Assembly: GCA_002633005.1 (NCBI GenBank)
Contig: NMRA01000049.1
Location: 850,011 to 914,010 of the forward strand
Length of the DNA: 64,000 bases
Direction of reading: 5' to 3'
Source: Phoronis australis
Lineage: Eukaryota; Animalia; Phoronida
This document shows positions 62,558 to 64,000 of this stretch, one piece after another. The notes below the pieces were generated by a model, which was not told where the DNA came from, ran no database searches, and was given only the letters and a program-made list of their open reading frames with translations. Both the position numbers and the translations under genes were made by a program. Position 1 is the first letter of the stretch. Every line of letters starts with the position of its first letter.

Positions 62558-64000
62558 AAATGGTGTGTAGTCCCTAATTAGACAGCCATTTAAGTACATT
62601 ATATAGATGGTGAAAACTCAAAACCCAGCTGAAAAACTTGCTTTACCAAACTTCACAAACTCTACACGTATCTGACCCTCAATCAGTTCTAGTGGTTTTT
62701 TTGGTGACCACGTTGCAGAGGTGTACCTCTAGCTGACCTCATCTCTGCCAAAGGCCGAAGATGGCAACCAAGTGACACTAACACGTAACGCCCCTTCGTT
62801 GTTATTGAGAGCAATGGCAGCATAAAATTAAAAGTTTATCATCGTCCACTGTGTTCCCTTAAGTGAGATGCCACACCGACATTTGTAAGATGTCATGCAG
62901 ATAAACTGCAACGTACTGTTGTGCAACAAGGAAATAGACATCTGTATGCATATAGTTTGCTACATGTACATTGGAAACACGCAAGTGAATTGTAATTGGT
63001 AATCTACAAGAACACGTTAGAATTCTACTGGTTTAGTAAAACTGTACCCTATTACGTGCATTCAGGCTTTCTGTCAACATGTACGTTTCTCGGTTAACGT
63101 TGATTCAATGCAGACATCGATGAAGTCTTGTAGGGTTTTCTGCAAGACGACAATACAAAATAAGTGACTTTTATATGATTGTAACTTACATTTCTGCAGT
63201 GTCACTCGAGTCCAGAGGGGAGTCATCTTGGATGTTAAATTAGCCATTTCCATCATCAGAGATATTGCAATTGTTCCTAATGTTTAGGCGTCTCAATACA
63301 TGTAGCAATCGGTGCAGTTGTCGCTCCCGGTGCCCTCGTCCTGAATGGCATGGCTCATTACATTATTCAATTCATGCTGACCATTGCTATTATCTATTTT
63401 TGCTCAGAGAGGCCTGGAATGCGAAATAAACAGACTAAATTGCAAAGTGGTTCGCAGCCGTTGAAACAGAATTCGACATGTTCACCAGATATCTTACGGT
63501 TTTCTCGTAAAGATTTCGAATTTCTGTTGATGTCAAAGCATTTTTTTTTTTTAGCTTCAAAATAAAATGCTATCGGTCAACTGCTTGTGACTTCGTTGAT
63601 TTTTCTCCCACAATGCAAAACAAGTCTCCTTATTTGCTATGGCAAGACATAGATAGAGCACATTTCCCGGCCTTATATGGAAAATGTGACCCTTGACATT
63701 AGATGCGCACGTATGGTACGACGTGTGCCAAATCGCCTGCAGTTATTTATTTTTTATTAGATGCAAACAAAACAATGACGGCGTCAAGCAGCAGCTTGAT
63801 TAAGAGATGTTTAAAATCAGTCGCAAGTGTATCGCAGTATTCAAACATATTCTGAAATGCACTTGGGATTCTCCTAGGGAAATTAGAGTGCGATCACTTT
63901 TGATAATCTGCTGATAATATCCTTCTTGCCAGTCAGTTCTTTGTCGAATGTTTGTGAGCGCAGAAGCACGTTTATTATATGTGTGAGGGAGATTAGAAAC

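Overview
AT-rich eukaryotic genomic DNA (~37% GC, estimated by eye) from an invertebrate animal, probably a lophotrochozoan (inference). Four protein-coding genes can be reconstructed. (1) The 5' part of proteasome subunit alpha type-1 (PSMA1), minus strand, running off the left edge. (2) A complete 7-coding-exon BTBD10/KCTD20 orthologue (422 aa), head-to-head with PSMA1. (3) A complete 5-exon secreted ependymin-related protein (212 aa), largely missed by the ORF track. (4) A DMSR/myosuppressin-receptor-like class A peptide GPCR with an intronless CDS (396 aa, minus). The rest is introns and intergenic DNA with many transposon relics: Helentron-associated (HINE/DINE-1-like) elements, Kolobok-, Harbinger- and hAT-like non-autonomous elements, a decayed LINE, tRNA-derived SINE heads and a SAP-domain relic. 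A 1.9 kb tandem duplication joined at a single N is probably two haplotypes. The most striking unexplained signal is roughly 10-fold enrichment of TACATGTA. At one site the two haplotype-like copies differ exactly by TA versus TACATGTA, the classic Tc1/mariner excision footprint. No rRNA, intact tRNA or CRISPR array was seen, and I cannot claim a wholly new system. All counts and coordinates were read by eye.
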